A stretch of DNA of 64,000 nt from positions 1 through 64,000 of the forward strand of contig CBFGJG010000004.1 of assembly GCA_965649055.1 (NCBI GenBank). The letters are read 5' to 3'. The translations under genes were made by a program, and so were the position numbers. The notes beneath the pieces were generated by a model that was not told the origin of the DNA, did not search any database, and saw only the letters and a program-made list of their open reading frames with translations. The stretch is from a candidate division WOR-3 bacterium (GTDB lineage: Bacteria; Hydrothermota; UBA3072; B12-G15). Shown piece by piece: positions 28,665-38,864 of the stretch. The stretch's first letter is position 1; every line of letters begins with the position of its first letter.

Positions 28665-29905
28665 TTCTCTATTTCAAGAATCTTACCAACAAGATAAAGA
28701 GAACCTGTTATAAGGTAAGGTGGTTTTAGTTTTTTTAAAAATTTATAAGCATCTCCAACATCTTCAAAGTATGAAAATTTTTTCCTGTTTTTTTTTATTT
28801 CCAAGATTAAATCTTCTTCATTTATCGCCCTTTCACCACCAATTTTTGCGAGTATAAAGTTTTCTGTTAATTCAGAGAGTATTTTAATCATTTCTTTATA
28901 AGGTTTTCTTTTAAGACAGTAAAAAAGAACAACGGGTTTTTCTTTTATAACATTTTTATAAGTCTTTGTTAAAATCTCTATAGACCTTTTGTTATGCGCT
29001 CCGTCGAGGATTGTAAGTGGATTTTTCTTTAAAATCTGGAATCTTCCCGGGAATATTACTTCCTTCAATGCATCTTTTGTTTTCAGATAATCAAATTTAA
29101 AAGGTGATTGATTAACCGCTTCTATTGCAGTTGCTGCATTCCTTGCCTGATGTTCACCTGTCATTTTTATGAAATATTCATTTCCATTGTATGAAAATAG
29201 GGTTCCATCAAGCGAGATATTTTTTATTTTAACAGGTGTATCAATACCTACAAATGTTACTTTTGATTTTGCTAATCCGCTGATATAATCCCTGACTATC
29301 TTTTTCTGTGGTGATGAAACAATCGGAACATATTCCCTTGTAATTCCCATCTTTTCTTTTGTTATATTTTTCAATGTTCTACCAAGTATATGTGTATGGT
29401 CATAGGATATTTCTGTTATAACTGAAACAACAGGCTCAACAACGTTTGTTGCATCAAGTCTTCCACCAAGCCCCACTTCAAATACCGCAACATCTACTTT
29501 TTTTTCTTTAAAATATAAAAATGACATAAGGGTCAAAGTTTCAAAAACGCTTCTGTAACTTCCATTCCTTACCTTTTCCTTTATATAAGATATTAAATCA
29601 GCAAATTCCTGTTTCCCAATTAACTTTCCATCAATGCTTATCCTTTCCCTTATATCAACAAGATGAGGGGATAGAAAAAGGCCTGTTTTATAACCATTAG
29701 AATTCAAGATTTTTGCAATGAATAACGAAGTGCTTCCTTTTCCTTTTGTTCCTGCAACAATAAAAGAAGGAAAATATTTATGGGGATTACCAAAATCATT
29801 AAGTGTTTTCTTGAAATCATCAAGTGATTCAGGGTATTTTACCTTCGCTGATTTTTCTCTGTCTATCAGGGAATTTAGAAATCTATTTGCTTCTTCGAAA
29901 TTCAT
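28640..29905 (-). CDS. folC: Folylpolyglutamate/dihydrofolate synthase
   Basis: AGTKGKGS, SPHL, EVGLGGRLDATN, LDGAHN, GSLYLVG. Confidence 0.93.
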   Translation of the reverse strand: MNFEEANRFLNSLIDREKSAKVKYPESLDDFKKTLNDFGNPHKYFPSFIVAGTKGKGSTSLFIAKILNSNGYKTGLFLSPHLVDIRERISIDGKLIGKQEFADLISYIKEKVRNGSYRSVFETLTLMSFLYFKEKKVDVAVFEVGLGGRLDATNVVEPVVSVITEISYDHTHILGRTLKNITKEKMGITREYVPIVSSPQKKIVRDYISGLAKSKVTFVGIDTPVKIKNISLDGTLFSYNGNEYFIKMTGEHQARNAATAIEAVNQSPFKFDYLKTKDALKEVIFPGRFQILKKNPLTILDGAHNKRSIEILTKTYKNVIKEKPVVLFYCLKRKPYKEMIKILSELTENFILAKIGGERAINEEDLILEIKKNRKKFSYFEDVGDAYKFLKKLKPPYLITGSLYLVGKILEIEKWKKENLF

Positions 29906-30632
29906 CTAAATTTTTCCATCCAAGAAAGATATCTCCAAGATGTTTTTTTATAACATTGATAAGTTTATCTTTAAATTCGCTGGCTTCTTTTATATCAAAT
30001 CTTGGTGCTCCTTCGTTTTTCTTATAAATAATAATAGAACCAGGTATTGGGACAGCATAAATGCCATCATTATAAAGATAAATATCTTCTTTTTTATAAA
30101 GATTCTTATCTACAAGTTCAGGGAAAATTGAATATATCATAGCGTTTTCATCAACACCTGCATGTGAACCTGATTCACCAAAATATTCTTTTGTTAGTTC
30201 AGAACAAAGAATCCACCAGTGTATAGCTGCACAATAGACATTTCTTTCCCTGTATATTTTGTACACTATTTCTTTTAACACATTATTGTTCCCACCATGA
30301 CCATTAAAGATTATTATTTTCCTGAAACCTATCGATGATAATCCTTTTAGAACTTCTAAAACATATTCTTCAAAAACCCTGTCATCAATTGTAATTGAAC
30401 CGGGATATGGAAGAAGTGAATGTGTTATCCCGTAACTTATAGTTGGGCTTACAATTGCATTGAATTCTTCGGCAAGGTTATTGGCAAGAAATTCGGGTAT
30501 AATATTATCAGTCCCGAGTGGACCACACCCGTGTGCTTCGATTGTTCCTACAGGAAGAAAACAGGTATCAATTTTTTCTGGAACTAACCTGCTTAATTCC
30601 TTCCAGTTAATCCTTTCTAATCTTCTTTCCAT
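29883..30632 (-). CDS. Creatininase-family amidohydrolase
   Basis: PVGTIEAHG..PLGTD, NGHGGN, HAG..E. Confidence 0.9.
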   Translation of the reverse strand: MERRLERINWKELSRLVPEKIDTCFLPVGTIEAHGCGPLGTDNIIPEFLANNLAEEFNAIVSPTISYGITHSLLPYPGSITIDDRVFEEYVLEVLKGLSSIGFRKIIIFNGHGGNNNVLKEIVYKIYRERNVYCAAIHWWILCSELTKEYFGESGSHAGVDENAMIYSIFPELVDKNLYKKEDIYLYNDGIYAVPIPGSIIIYKKNEGAPRFDIKEASEFKDKLINVIKKHLGDIFLGWKNLDEFRRSK

Positions 30633-31339
30633 CTTCTGTAATACTCTATTTTTTCCTTCATCTCTCGAACTGCGTTCCCTAAACCTGTAATAACAGACCT
30701 TGCTACGATTGAATGCCCAATATTAAGTTCTATAATCTCCTGTATCTTTGCAATTTCCCCAACATTCTGTAGGTTCAAACCATGACCTGCGTGGACTTCA
30801 AGACCCAAGGATAATGCTTTTCTTGCTGTTGATTCTATATCTTTTAATGTTTTTTTATCAAGTGTTTCTGCATACTTTCCTGTATTAATCTCTATAGCAT
30901 TTGCTCCAATATCCTTTGAAATAATAGCAGCTTCTATATCCGGCTCAACGAATAAAGTAACTTTTATGTTATTCTGTTTTAATCTTTCTATAACTTTTTC
31001 AACCGCTTTACTCATTTTTTTTAGGTCTAACCCACCTTCTGTTGTTATCTCTTCCATTCTTTCAGGAACAATACACACCCAGTGTGGTTTTACCTCGTTT
31101 ATAAAATCCTGAATATTTTTATCGATAGAACATTCAACATTAAGATGGGTTTTTACAACCTGCTTCAACAATCTTATATCCCTTTCTTTTATATGCCTTC
31201 TGTCTATCCTTAAATGAACTGTTATACCATCTGCTCCATTTGACTCTGCTATGATTGCGGCTTCAACAGGTTCAGGATAATTTACACCCCTTAATTCCCT
31301 TATTGTTGCTATATGGTCAATATTAACACCAAGCCTCAT
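30617..31339 (-). CDS. pdxJ: Pyridoxine 5'-phosphate synthase
   Basis: LGVNIDHIAT.R, ITVHLR.DRRHI, TTEGGL, HAGHGL, ELNIGH. Confidence 0.95.
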   Translation of the reverse strand: MRLGVNIDHIATIRELRGVNYPEPVEAAIIAESNGADGITVHLRIDRRHIKERDIRLLKQVVKTHLNVECSIDKNIQDFINEVKPHWVCIVPERMEEITTEGGLDLKKMSKAVEKVIERLKQNNIKVTLFVEPDIEAAIISKDIGANAIEINTGKYAETLDKKTLKDIESTARKALSLGLEVHAGHGLNLQNVGEIAKIQEIIELNIGHSIVARSVITGLGNAVREMKEKIEYYRRWKED

Positions 31340-31671
31340 TGCTGTGAGATTCTCCTGTCTGTCTCCCTTAATCTCTTAACAAGTGTGAGAATAAGTGCAC
31401 CTATAAGGGGTTCTTCTTCCATTTTTTTTCTTAATGTTTCTGCATCAAGGACCTGAACAATTGTTTCTTCAATTGCTTCTGCAGTTGCAGAACGTGGTCT
31501 TCTGTCAAGAACTCCCATTTCACCAACAAAATCTCCACTCCTTAATTCTGCGAGGACAACATTGTTTTTTATTATCTTGACCCTGCCGCGCAGAATGAGA
31601 TACATCTCATAAGATGGGTCACCTTCCTTAAAAATAATTTCTCCTTTTTTAAAGGATTTTTCCTTTGTCAT
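31336..31671 (-). CDS. Stand-alone cyclic-nucleotide-binding domain protein
   Basis: IFKEGD, GDFVGEM, PRSATAEA; ATGA overlap with secDF supports start 31671. Confidence 0.88.
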   Translation of the reverse strand: MTKEKSFKKGEIIFKEGDPSYEMYLILRGRVKIIKNNVVLAELRSGDFVGEMGVLDRRPRSATAEAIEETIVQVLDAETLRKKMEEEPLIGALILTLVKRLRETDRRISQQ

Positions 31672-34085
31672 TTTAATCTCCTTGATGGGAATTTTCTTTC
31701 CCAATCAGAGACTAAAGTTGCAACAACGAATATACTTGAGTAAGTTCCTGATATAATTCCAACAAGAAGTGTAAAAGCAAAATCATGGATAACCCTACCA
31801 CCAAAGAAGAAAAGTACAACAACTACAAACAAAGTGGTTAGAGCGGTTATAATTGTCCTTCCAAGGGTTTCATTTAGGCTTCTATTGATAATTGTATCGT
31901 AGTTATCTTTCCTTAAGAGTTTTACATTTTCCCTTATTCTATCCGAAACGATGATTGAATCATTTATTGAATAACCAAGTATTGTTAATATAGCAGCAAT
32001 AACTGATATTGTTATTTCTTTGTTCGTTATTGATAAAAATCCAAGGGTTATAATGAGGTCGTGAATGAGCGCAAGAACAGATGCGGTCCCTATTCTAAAA
32101 GTGAATCTTATAGAGACATATAATAGAATTCCAACCATACTTAAGATAACAACCCAAAGAGTTCTTAATCTCAAACCTGCACTTGTGGAAGGTCCAACAA
32201 GTTCTTCCCTTGGATATTCAATCTTGTTATCTTTAAAACTTTCGCTTATCACCTTTTTTATGTTTTCCATTACCTTTGGGTCTGTTTCTTTAGTCCTTAC
32301 AAGGAAGATATTTGTCCCGGAATACTTCTGGATATTACTTTCTCCAAGTCCAAGTTTACCCAGTGTTGCTCTTAATTCACCTATACTTACCGGTTTTTCA
32401 AATGAAACTTCAAATATGTATCCACCTGTGAAATCAACACCATATCTAAAACCTTTATGTGCGATAACAGAGCCTATTGAAATTAAAATCAGTGCTAATG
32501 AAAGATAGTAGGCTATTTTTCTTATCTTAATAAAATTTATATTTGGGTTTCTGAAAACAATGAGCATTTTTATTGATTTTATTCTTCCAAGAGAGACAGT
32601 ATCAAGGATCATTCTGGATACGAATAATGCAGTGAAGAAAGATGCTACAAGACCTAAAGAGAGTGTTATAGCGAAACCCCTGATAGGTCCTGTACCAAAC
32701 CAGTAAAGTATAAGTGCGGTGAATATAGTTGTAACATTTGCATCAAATATCGTTATAAATACCCTTGAATATGCAGCTGCAATAGAAGTCCTTAGAGTCT
32801 TCCCAGCAGAAAGTTCTTCCCTTAATCTCTCATAGATTAAAACATTTGCATCAACAGCCATACCAATTGTTAAAACAATACCTGCAATACCCGGTAGTGT
32901 TAATGTTGCCCTGAAAGCAGATAACATAGCAAGGAGGAATAAAACATTCAATATGAGCCCAAAATCTGCTATAATACCAGGTATAAAATAGTAAATTATC
33001 ATAAATATGAAAACAATTAGTGCTGCAATAATGAATGAAAAGCTTCCCTGTCTTATTGAGTCTATACCGAGTGAAGGACCAACAACCCTTTCTTCGACTA
33101 TATTAAGAGGAGCAGGTAATGCACCTGCTTTTAATATGATTGCGAGTGTTTTTGCATCTTCAAGTGTAGAACCACCCATTTCAATAAGTGATTGCCCTGA
33201 TGGGATTCTTTCTTTTACAACAGGTGCAGACTGAACAACACCATCAAGGACAATAGCGATTCTTTTTCCAATATTTGCACCTGTTATCATTGCCCATTTT
33301 CCTCTTGCTTCCCTTGTCATGGTGAGTTCAACCCTTGGTGCATAAGGATTTCCTGGTGTTCCGAGACCCGGAATAGCATCAAGTATCGCATCACCGGTAA
33401 GAAGAGGTTCTGCCTTAACAAGGTATAAAGGGTAAAGGGAATATCCCTGCATCAAAATTTTTTCACCCCAGAGGAATTCATATCCATATGGTATAAGTTC
33501 TTTCACTTTTTGATCATTGAGTAATCTTTCAACATTAGTCCTATAGTTTTCTTCTATACCCTGCATTTCTGATACAAAATATCCTGAAAGTGTCATTGTA
33601 TCACCGTATGTTTTCTTTAAATATTCATCTATTACACTTAAAGTATTTTTTAAGATTTCGGGATCTGCAACAAGTTTGAATTCAAGGAGTGCTGTTTTCC
33701 CTATAATCTCTTCAGCCCTTTCCTTGTTTATCACACCGGGAAGTTGTATAAGTATTTTATCCGTTCCCTGTTTCTGTATAATAGGTTCTGATACGCCAAA
33801 TTTGTCAATTCTGTTTCTAATAATCTCAAGTGCCCTATCAATAGCACCTGTCTGTTCTTCGGGTTTCAACTTCGATTTGTCTATCTCAAGAACGATATGC
33901 ATACCACCCCTTAAGTCAAGACCAAGATGTAGCGCCCTTGAGGATAACTTTTTTAGCTGTAAAGGATCAAAATAACTTTTGTCTTCTTCAGTGAGTCTAA
34001 AATACCTATAAGAATAAGACAATTGCCAAATAGAAAGACCTATAAGGATTACTACTAAAAGATATTTCCATTGTAGATTTCGCAT
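31668..34085 (-). CDS. secDF: Fused protein translocase subunit SecDF
   Basis: LGLDLRGG, GMAVDANV, GVDFTGG, GYSINDSI, GTYSSIF. Confidence 0.95.
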   Translation of the reverse strand: MRNLQWKYLLVVILIGLSIWQLSYSYRYFRLTEEDKSYFDPLQLKKLSSRALHLGLDLRGGMHIVLEIDKSKLKPEEQTGAIDRALEIIRNRIDKFGVSEPIIQKQGTDKILIQLPGVINKERAEEIIGKTALLEFKLVADPEILKNTLSVIDEYLKKTYGDTMTLSGYFVSEMQGIEENYRTNVERLLNDQKVKELIPYGYEFLWGEKILMQGYSLYPLYLVKAEPLLTGDAILDAIPGLGTPGNPYAPRVELTMTREARGKWAMITGANIGKRIAIVLDGVVQSAPVVKERIPSGQSLIEMGGSTLEDAKTLAIILKAGALPAPLNIVEERVVGPSLGIDSIRQGSFSFIIAALIVFIFMIIYYFIPGIIADFGLILNVLFLLAMLSAFRATLTLPGIAGIVLTIGMAVDANVLIYERLREELSAGKTLRTSIAAAYSRVFITIFDANVTTIFTALILYWFGTGPIRGFAITLSLGLVASFFTALFVSRMILDTVSLGRIKSIKMLIVFRNPNINFIKIRKIAYYLSLALILISIGSVIAHKGFRYGVDFTGGYIFEVSFEKPVSIGELRATLGKLGLGESNIQKYSGTNIFLVRTKETDPKVMENIKKVISESFKDNKIEYPREELVGPSTSAGLRLRTLWVVILSMVGILLYVSIRFTFRIGTASVLALIHDLIITLGFLSITNKEITISVIAAILTILGYSINDSIIVSDRIRENVKLLRKDNYDTIINRSLNETLGRTIITALTTLFVVVVLFFFGGRVIHDFAFTLLVGIISGTYSSIFVVATLVSDWERKFPSRRLK

Positions 34086-34093
34086 TTAACCTC

Positions 34094-34717
34094 CTAAATG
34101 AATATTTTTTTGCCTTTACCAATTATTTCGTTTAATGCGTCTTTGAAATAGTTTGTTGTTTTTAGAACTTCAGGGTCAACTGATTCAGAATAAAACTTGT
34201 AAGATGTTTTTATCTCTTCGCCAAGAAGTTCTTTTAAGTTCCCTTCTGCAAGACCCCTATCTATCTTTTCCTTATGATATAGAAGTAGGTCCCTTGCAAG
34301 TGAACGTGCAAGCCTTTTTGCATGTCTGTGTTTGTTTTTTTTCTCTTCAGGCCAGTCAGGTGGAAATTCTGCAGTATCTCCACCTATACCTAAAGAAGCC
34401 TTTAACCTTTCTGCTGCTGCGGCGAATTGTGAAGGTGTAGGTTGTGGCTTGGGAGGTGGTGTTGGTGTAGGTTTTGGTGTGGGTGTCGGAGTAGGAGTAG
34501 GTGTTGGTTGTGGTTTAACAAATGGAGGTGTTGGGGTAGGTTTTGGTGTCTCTATAGTAGGTGTTTCAACTATAGGTTCAAGATGGATATTTAAAGGTTC
34601 TCTATATATTGTAAAAACATTTCCACATTTTGGGCATTTTACAGGTGCACCACCAACAGGAACATCTGAATCATTTACCCTGTATTTTGTCTTACATTTA
34701 GGGCATTCAGTAAACAT
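34094..34717 (-). CDS. Zinc-ribbon (MJ0042-type) protein with Pro/Thr linker and helical C-terminal domain
   Basis: CPKC-x19-CPKC, PTPTPTP tract, AKRLARSLARDLLLYH. Confidence 0.75.
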   Translation of the reverse strand: MFTECPKCKTKYRVNDSDVPVGGAPVKCPKCGNVFTIYREPLNIHLEPIVETPTIETPKPTPTPPFVKPQPTPTPTPTPTPKPTPTPPPKPQPTPSQFAAAAERLKASLGIGGDTAEFPPDWPEEKKNKHRHAKRLARSLARDLLLYHKEKIDRGLAEGNLKELLGEEIKTSYKFYSESVDPEVLKTTNYFKDALNEIIGKGKKIFI

Positions 34718-34766
34718 ATTTTTCCTCCAAGTTTATAATATAAAAATAAAAGAATTTGTAATTGTG

Positions 34767-35348
34767 TCAATAAAATTTTAAAAATAATTCCATTATAATA
34801 GCACCGCATATTCCTGTTGTGAAATTATCGTCTATTTTGTTTGGAAGCATCTCTATTATGCTTGAGGTTAATGCTCCTATAAAGATAACAATTAGAGGAA
34901 GATGAAAATAAAGATTAAGAATTAATCCAATAATAATGGATGAAGTGAAAAAGGCGAGACTACCTTCGATACTTTTACCCCATTTAAACCTGTGTTTACC
35001 ATAAGGAATTCCTATGAGATTTGAAAATGTATCACCTATAATAAGATATGATATTGATAATATTGCCACAGGTTTTGAAAAAATTCCAATGATAATCGAA
35101 AGGGCTATTAGGAAGAAAGTATCTCCAAGGAGGATACCGGGTTCTTTTTTTAAGACACCTTTTGAATGTTCATGCAGGACATTGTAAAAATTAGGTGTTA
35201 TCTTCCGTATAACTTCTATTGGTGTAAGAATACCAAGAAGATAAAAGATTAGCATCTGAACAGGTATCTTTGAGGGTGTAAAAAAATAAAGAACCGGGAA
35301 AACGCTTCCGGCAAGGATTCTATAAAGTTTTCTTGCTTTTATCTTCAT
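34767..35348 (-). CDS. Dolichol/phytol kinase-like membrane protein
   Basis: GDTFS..IG..YG, KSIEGS, DDNF. Confidence 0.8.
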   Translation of the reverse strand: MKIKARKLYRILAGSVFPVLYFFTPSKIPVQMLIFYLLGILTPIEVIRKITPNFYNVLHEHSKGVLKKEPGILLGDTFFLIALSIIIGIFSKPVAILSISYLIIGDTFSNLIGIPYGKHRFKWGKSIEGSLAFFTSSIIIGLILNLYFHLPLIVIFIGALTSSIIEMLPNKIDDNFTTGICGAIIMELFLKFY

Positions 35349-35919
35349 GTTTTTTCCTTATATTCATTTCTTTAATTGTATCTATATTTGCGATTGTTCC
35401 TAAGGATAAAAAGATAATAAAGAATGGAAGAACCCATTTTATATGTGACCAGTAGATAAGAAAAACTATAGAAAGACCAATACCAAAAATTGAGACTATA
35501 AGGAAGGGATTTCTTGGTGATTTTCTTGTTATGTAATAAAGAAGAAGTGCAATGGGGAAGAATTTGGGAAATAGAAAAAGGAGTATACCACCTGATGTTG
35601 ATGCACCTTTTCCACCTTTAAATCTTAAAAAAATAGACCAGCAATGTCCGGAAAGTGCTGCAATACCTGATAGCCCTGTATAGAATGGATGAATTTTAAA
35701 AATATATTTTGAAATGAGCATAGGTATAACACCTTTTATTGTATCAAGTATCCATACTATTATTCCATAAATCTTACCAACTTCCCTTGAGACATTTGCT
35801 GCACCCGGATTTTTAGTTCCAACCTGAAGGATATTTACCCCTTTCAAACGTGAGATAATAATTGCAAAAGGTATTGAACCAAAAATATATCCAATTAGAA
35901 GGGATAAAACTATCTTCAT
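35320..35919 (-). CDS. plsY: Glycerol-3-phosphate acyltransferase
   Basis: GYIFGSIP, GTKNPGAANV.R, D..KG, GHCWSIF..FKGGKG. Confidence 0.92.
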   Translation of the reverse strand: MKIVLSLLIGYIFGSIPFAIIISRLKGVNILQVGTKNPGAANVSREVGKIYGIIVWILDTIKGVIPMLISKYIFKIHPFYTGLSGIAALSGHCWSIFLRFKGGKGASTSGGILLFLFPKFFPIALLLYYITRKSPRNPFLIVSIFGIGLSIVFLIYWSHIKWVLPFFIIFLSLGTIANIDTIKEMNIRKKHEDKSKKTL

Positions 35920-35925
35920 AATATA

Positions 35926-35996
35926 AAAATAAAAAATATTTATGTTTAGTCAAGTTTAAAGGTTTTTATTGACATTTTTTATTCGTTTTATATATA
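35926..35996. promoter_or_regulatory. Back-to-back probable leaderless promoters (plsY and O-antigen ligase)
   Basis: Minus TTGACT at 35953 and plus TTGACA at 35969, each beginning 34 nt before its ATG; no SD. Confidence 0.5.
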
Positions 35997-36002
35997 TAAT
36001 TT

Positions 36003-37169
36003 ATGAAATCAAACCTTGAGAAAATAGGAGTTATATTCATAGGTCTTTCAGGTCTTTTTTCAATTCATTCTGTGACAATTATGTCATTTTTTTTGATACT
36101 TACATTGATTATTCTCTTTATTACTATTGATAAGCAAAAGTTAAAAAAGATTAAAAATAACAGATTCTTTATACCATTTTTATTACTTTTCATTTATCTT
36201 TTAATCCAGATTTTTTTATCAAAGAACAAGATGGTAGCAGTTAATTATACAAAAGGGTGGTGGACAATAATCTATCTTTTTATAATACCATTATTTGTTA
36301 ATGATAGAAAAAAAAGAAATCTAATTTTATTTTTTTATATAATAGGTGCAATACTTGGAATAGTCTGGGGATTTTACAAATATTTTACTTACTACATAAA
36401 TTCAATATATAGATTAAGAGGATTTGGCGTTGGTATTCTACCATTCGCATTATTTATGGGATTTGGGCTCCTGTGTTTTGTTTATTTTTTTATAAAGAAG
36501 AAAAAATATCTTTTTTTAATACCTATAACACTTTCATCCCTTGTAATTAATTTCTCAAGGTCCATAGGTCCATTTCTTTCACTATTCCCAGCTATTAGCG
36601 TTTTTATATTAGGAAAAGATAAGAAAGAAAGATTTTTTCAGATTTTTTTATGCTTTATCATACTTATCCTGAGTTTCTTTTCTGTTGAAAAAACAATTGT
36701 TAAAGGTGTATCATATACAGAACCTGAAAAAATAACAAATGCAACTGCAAGAAAATTATACTGGAGATATTCATTGTATTGCTTTAAAAAATCACCAATT
36801 TTAGGTGTAAAAACAGGGGATTTCTGGACATATACTGATGATTTTATTTCAAATAATATACTTACTGAATGGGAAATTAAACATATACAAAGAGCATTAA
36901 ATACAAAGTTTCATGCTCATAATTTTTATATTGATACACTGGGTAGAACGGGTATAATAGGTTTTACATTGATATTAATTTTTATAGTTACATTTTTTTA
37001 CGAAATTCTAAGGTATTATAAAAAAGATAATGAAAGGTCCATTCTACTTTTATCTTCTTTAGTTTATATTTTATTTTATTCATTTACAGAAGACCCGTTT
37101 TTTAAATCTGATATGGCTTTTCCGCTATATTACATTTTTTGTTCAAACACAGGATATGATAATAATTAA
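36003..37169 (+). CDS. O-antigen ligase-family membrane protein
   Basis: Many TM segments, SR motif, PILGV, HAHNFY...GIIG. Confidence 0.8.
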   Translation: MKSNLEKIGVIFIGLSGLFSIHSVTIMSFFLILTLIILFITIDKQKLKKIKNNRFFIPFLLLFIYLLIQIFLSKNKMVAVNYTKGWWTIIYLFIIPLFVNDRKKRNLILFFYIIGAILGIVWGFYKYFTYYINSIYRLRGFGVGILPFALFMGFGLLCFVYFFIKKKKYLFLIPITLSSLVINFSRSIGPFLSLFPAISVFILGKDKKERFFQIFLCFIILILSFFSVEKTIVKGVSYTEPEKITNATARKLYWRYSLYCFKKSPILGVKTGDFWTYTDDFISNNILTEWEIKHIQRALNTKFHAHNFYIDTLGRTGIIGFTLILIFIVTFFYEILRYYKKDNERSILLLSSLVYILFYSFTEDPFFKSDMAFPLYYIFCSNTGYDNN

Positions 37170-37902
37170 AACTGATGAAGAGATTAAAATAATAAGAAAG
37201 GCTTCAAGGATAACAGCAGAAACACTTGATTATTTAAAAGGATTTTTAAAGGAAGGGATAACAACAAAAGAATTGGATAGAATAGCAGAAGATTTCATTC
37301 TGTCAAAAGGTGCAAAGCCTGCATTCAAAGGATACAGAGGTTATCCTGCATCAATATGTGCATCGGTGAACAATGTTGTGATACACGGAATTCCAAATAA
37401 TTATAGACTAAAAGATGGGGATATAATATCAATCGATATAGGTGTAAATTACAAAGGTTATTTTGGTGATGCTGCAAAGACGTTTCCCATCGGTAGGATT
37501 TCTGAGAATGCAAAGAAACTTTTAGATGTTACTGAAAATGCACTTCTCATAGGAATAAAAAATGCATTACCAGGGAAAAGAACAGGGGATGTTGGAAGTG
37601 CGATTGAAGAATATGTGGAAAGTTTTGGTTTCAATGTTGTTAAGGATTTTTGCGGTCATGGGGTTGGAAAGATGTTACATGAAGAACCTGCAATACCGAA
37701 TTTTGGGAAAAAAGGATTTGGTGTTGAGTTTCAGAAAAATATGACTGTAGCAATAGAACCAATGGTTAATGAAGGTGTTTCTAATGTTATAATTTCTGAA
37801 GATGGTTGGACAGTCAGAACAATGGATGGACTTCTTTCAGCACATTTTGAACATACGATATTGATAACTGAAGATGGTAATGAGATTCTAACAATTTTAT
37901 AA
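37156..37902 (+). CDS. map: Methionine aminopeptidase type I
   Basis: HGIP, SIDIG, GDAA, GHGVG, HEEP, AIEPM, AHFEHT. Confidence 0.96.
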   Translation: MIIIKTDEEIKIIRKASRITAETLDYLKGFLKEGITTKELDRIAEDFILSKGAKPAFKGYRGYPASICASVNNVVIHGIPNNYRLKDGDIISIDIGVNYKGYFGDAAKTFPIGRISENAKKLLDVTENALLIGIKNALPGKRTGDVGSAIEEYVESFGFNVVKDFCGHGVGKMLHEEPAIPNFGKKGFGVEFQKNMTVAIEPMVNEGVSNVIISEDGWTVRTMDGLLSAHFEHTILITEDGNEILTIL

Positions 37903-37910
37903 GAATTGTT

Positions 37911-38702
37911 CTAACATTCAGTCCAAAGTTTTTTCCTAAATCCTTCAAGAGGTTCTTCTGGAAGTTTTTTGAAGGTTGCGAATGTATTAAATTTTATCTC
38001 ATCTAATGTATTTCTGAAATTTTCTTCCCTTGCTATATGATGGTCAATTATTATATTTGGACAATCTTCCAATATCTTAAAAATATTATCTAAAAAGGGT
38101 CTTTTTAATCTCCTATCAATATATAATGGAGGTCCGTCAAGTATTAAAATATCAGGTTTTTTTGATATTATAAAGTCTGTCTGATTTTTGAATATTGGCC
38201 CGGATATATCCGATGAATAAAGCATCTTAAAACCATTCTCTTCTATTACCGTTGATATTACTGTTGCAGGTGTATTGCCGTGTGGCAATGGTTTTGAGAA
38301 TGTAATTTTTGTATTCTTTATTTTGAAATCCTTACCATCACCTATTTCATATTCGTTTATAATGTTTGTTATTTCTTTTGAACGTTCTTTTTGCATATAA
38401 TTTACATTTCTATAGTCCTTTAAAATCAACATCTTTCCCTTGAAAAGTGGTATAAAATCTTTTGTGAAATGGTCATGGTGAAAATGTGTTATAATTACAA
38501 TATCAGAAATTTTCAAATAATTTTTTATATTTTCTTTAAGTTCAAAGAATCTGTCTATTTCCATTTTATGTGGTGGGAGGGAAAATCTGTCAGGTGAAAG
38601 GTCAATACCGGGGTCAATAATTATTTTCAGGTCTTCTGTCTTTATGAATACACAGAAACTTCTTACACCCATACTGTCTGATGCAAGAGGAACTATCTCC
38701 AT
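37911..38702 (-). CDS. Metallo-beta-lactamase-fold hydrolase (UPF0282-like)
   Basis: PLASDSMGVRS, IDPG, THFHHDH, LDGPP, DHH..R; likely start at ATG 38702. Confidence 0.8.
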   Translation of the reverse strand: MEIVPLASDSMGVRSFCVFIKTEDLKIIIDPGIDLSPDRFSLPPHKMEIDRFFELKENIKNYLKISDIVIITHFHHDHFTKDFIPLFKGKMLILKDYRNVNYMQKERSKEITNIINEYEIGDGKDFKIKNTKITFSKPLPHGNTPATVISTVIEENGFKMLYSSDISGPIFKNQTDFIISKKPDILILDGPPLYIDRRLKRPFLDNIFKILEDCPNIIIDHHIAREENFRNTLDEIKFNTFATFKKLPEEPLEGFRKKLWTEC

Positions 38703-38829
38703 ATTAGTATAATAACAAGGAATTTTGATTTTCAAAGAATTTTATATTTAATTGTATAAAATATTTTAAGCTAAATTTTACATAGAATTTGTAAAATTTG
38801 TGTTAAATAATCTGGGAAAAATTTACATA

Positions 38830-38857
38830 TTGAAAATTTAGATTTTTTATTTATAAT
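38830..38857 (+). promoter_or_regulatory. Probable leaderless promoter
   Basis: TTGAAA-N16-TATAAT-N7-ATG. Confidence 0.6.
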
Positions 38858-38864
38858 TAGTAAT

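Noticed and set aside
34332..34781. Gly/Val-repeat ORF on plus
   Set aside because: Antisense reading of the Pro/Thr linker in the zinc-ribbon gene
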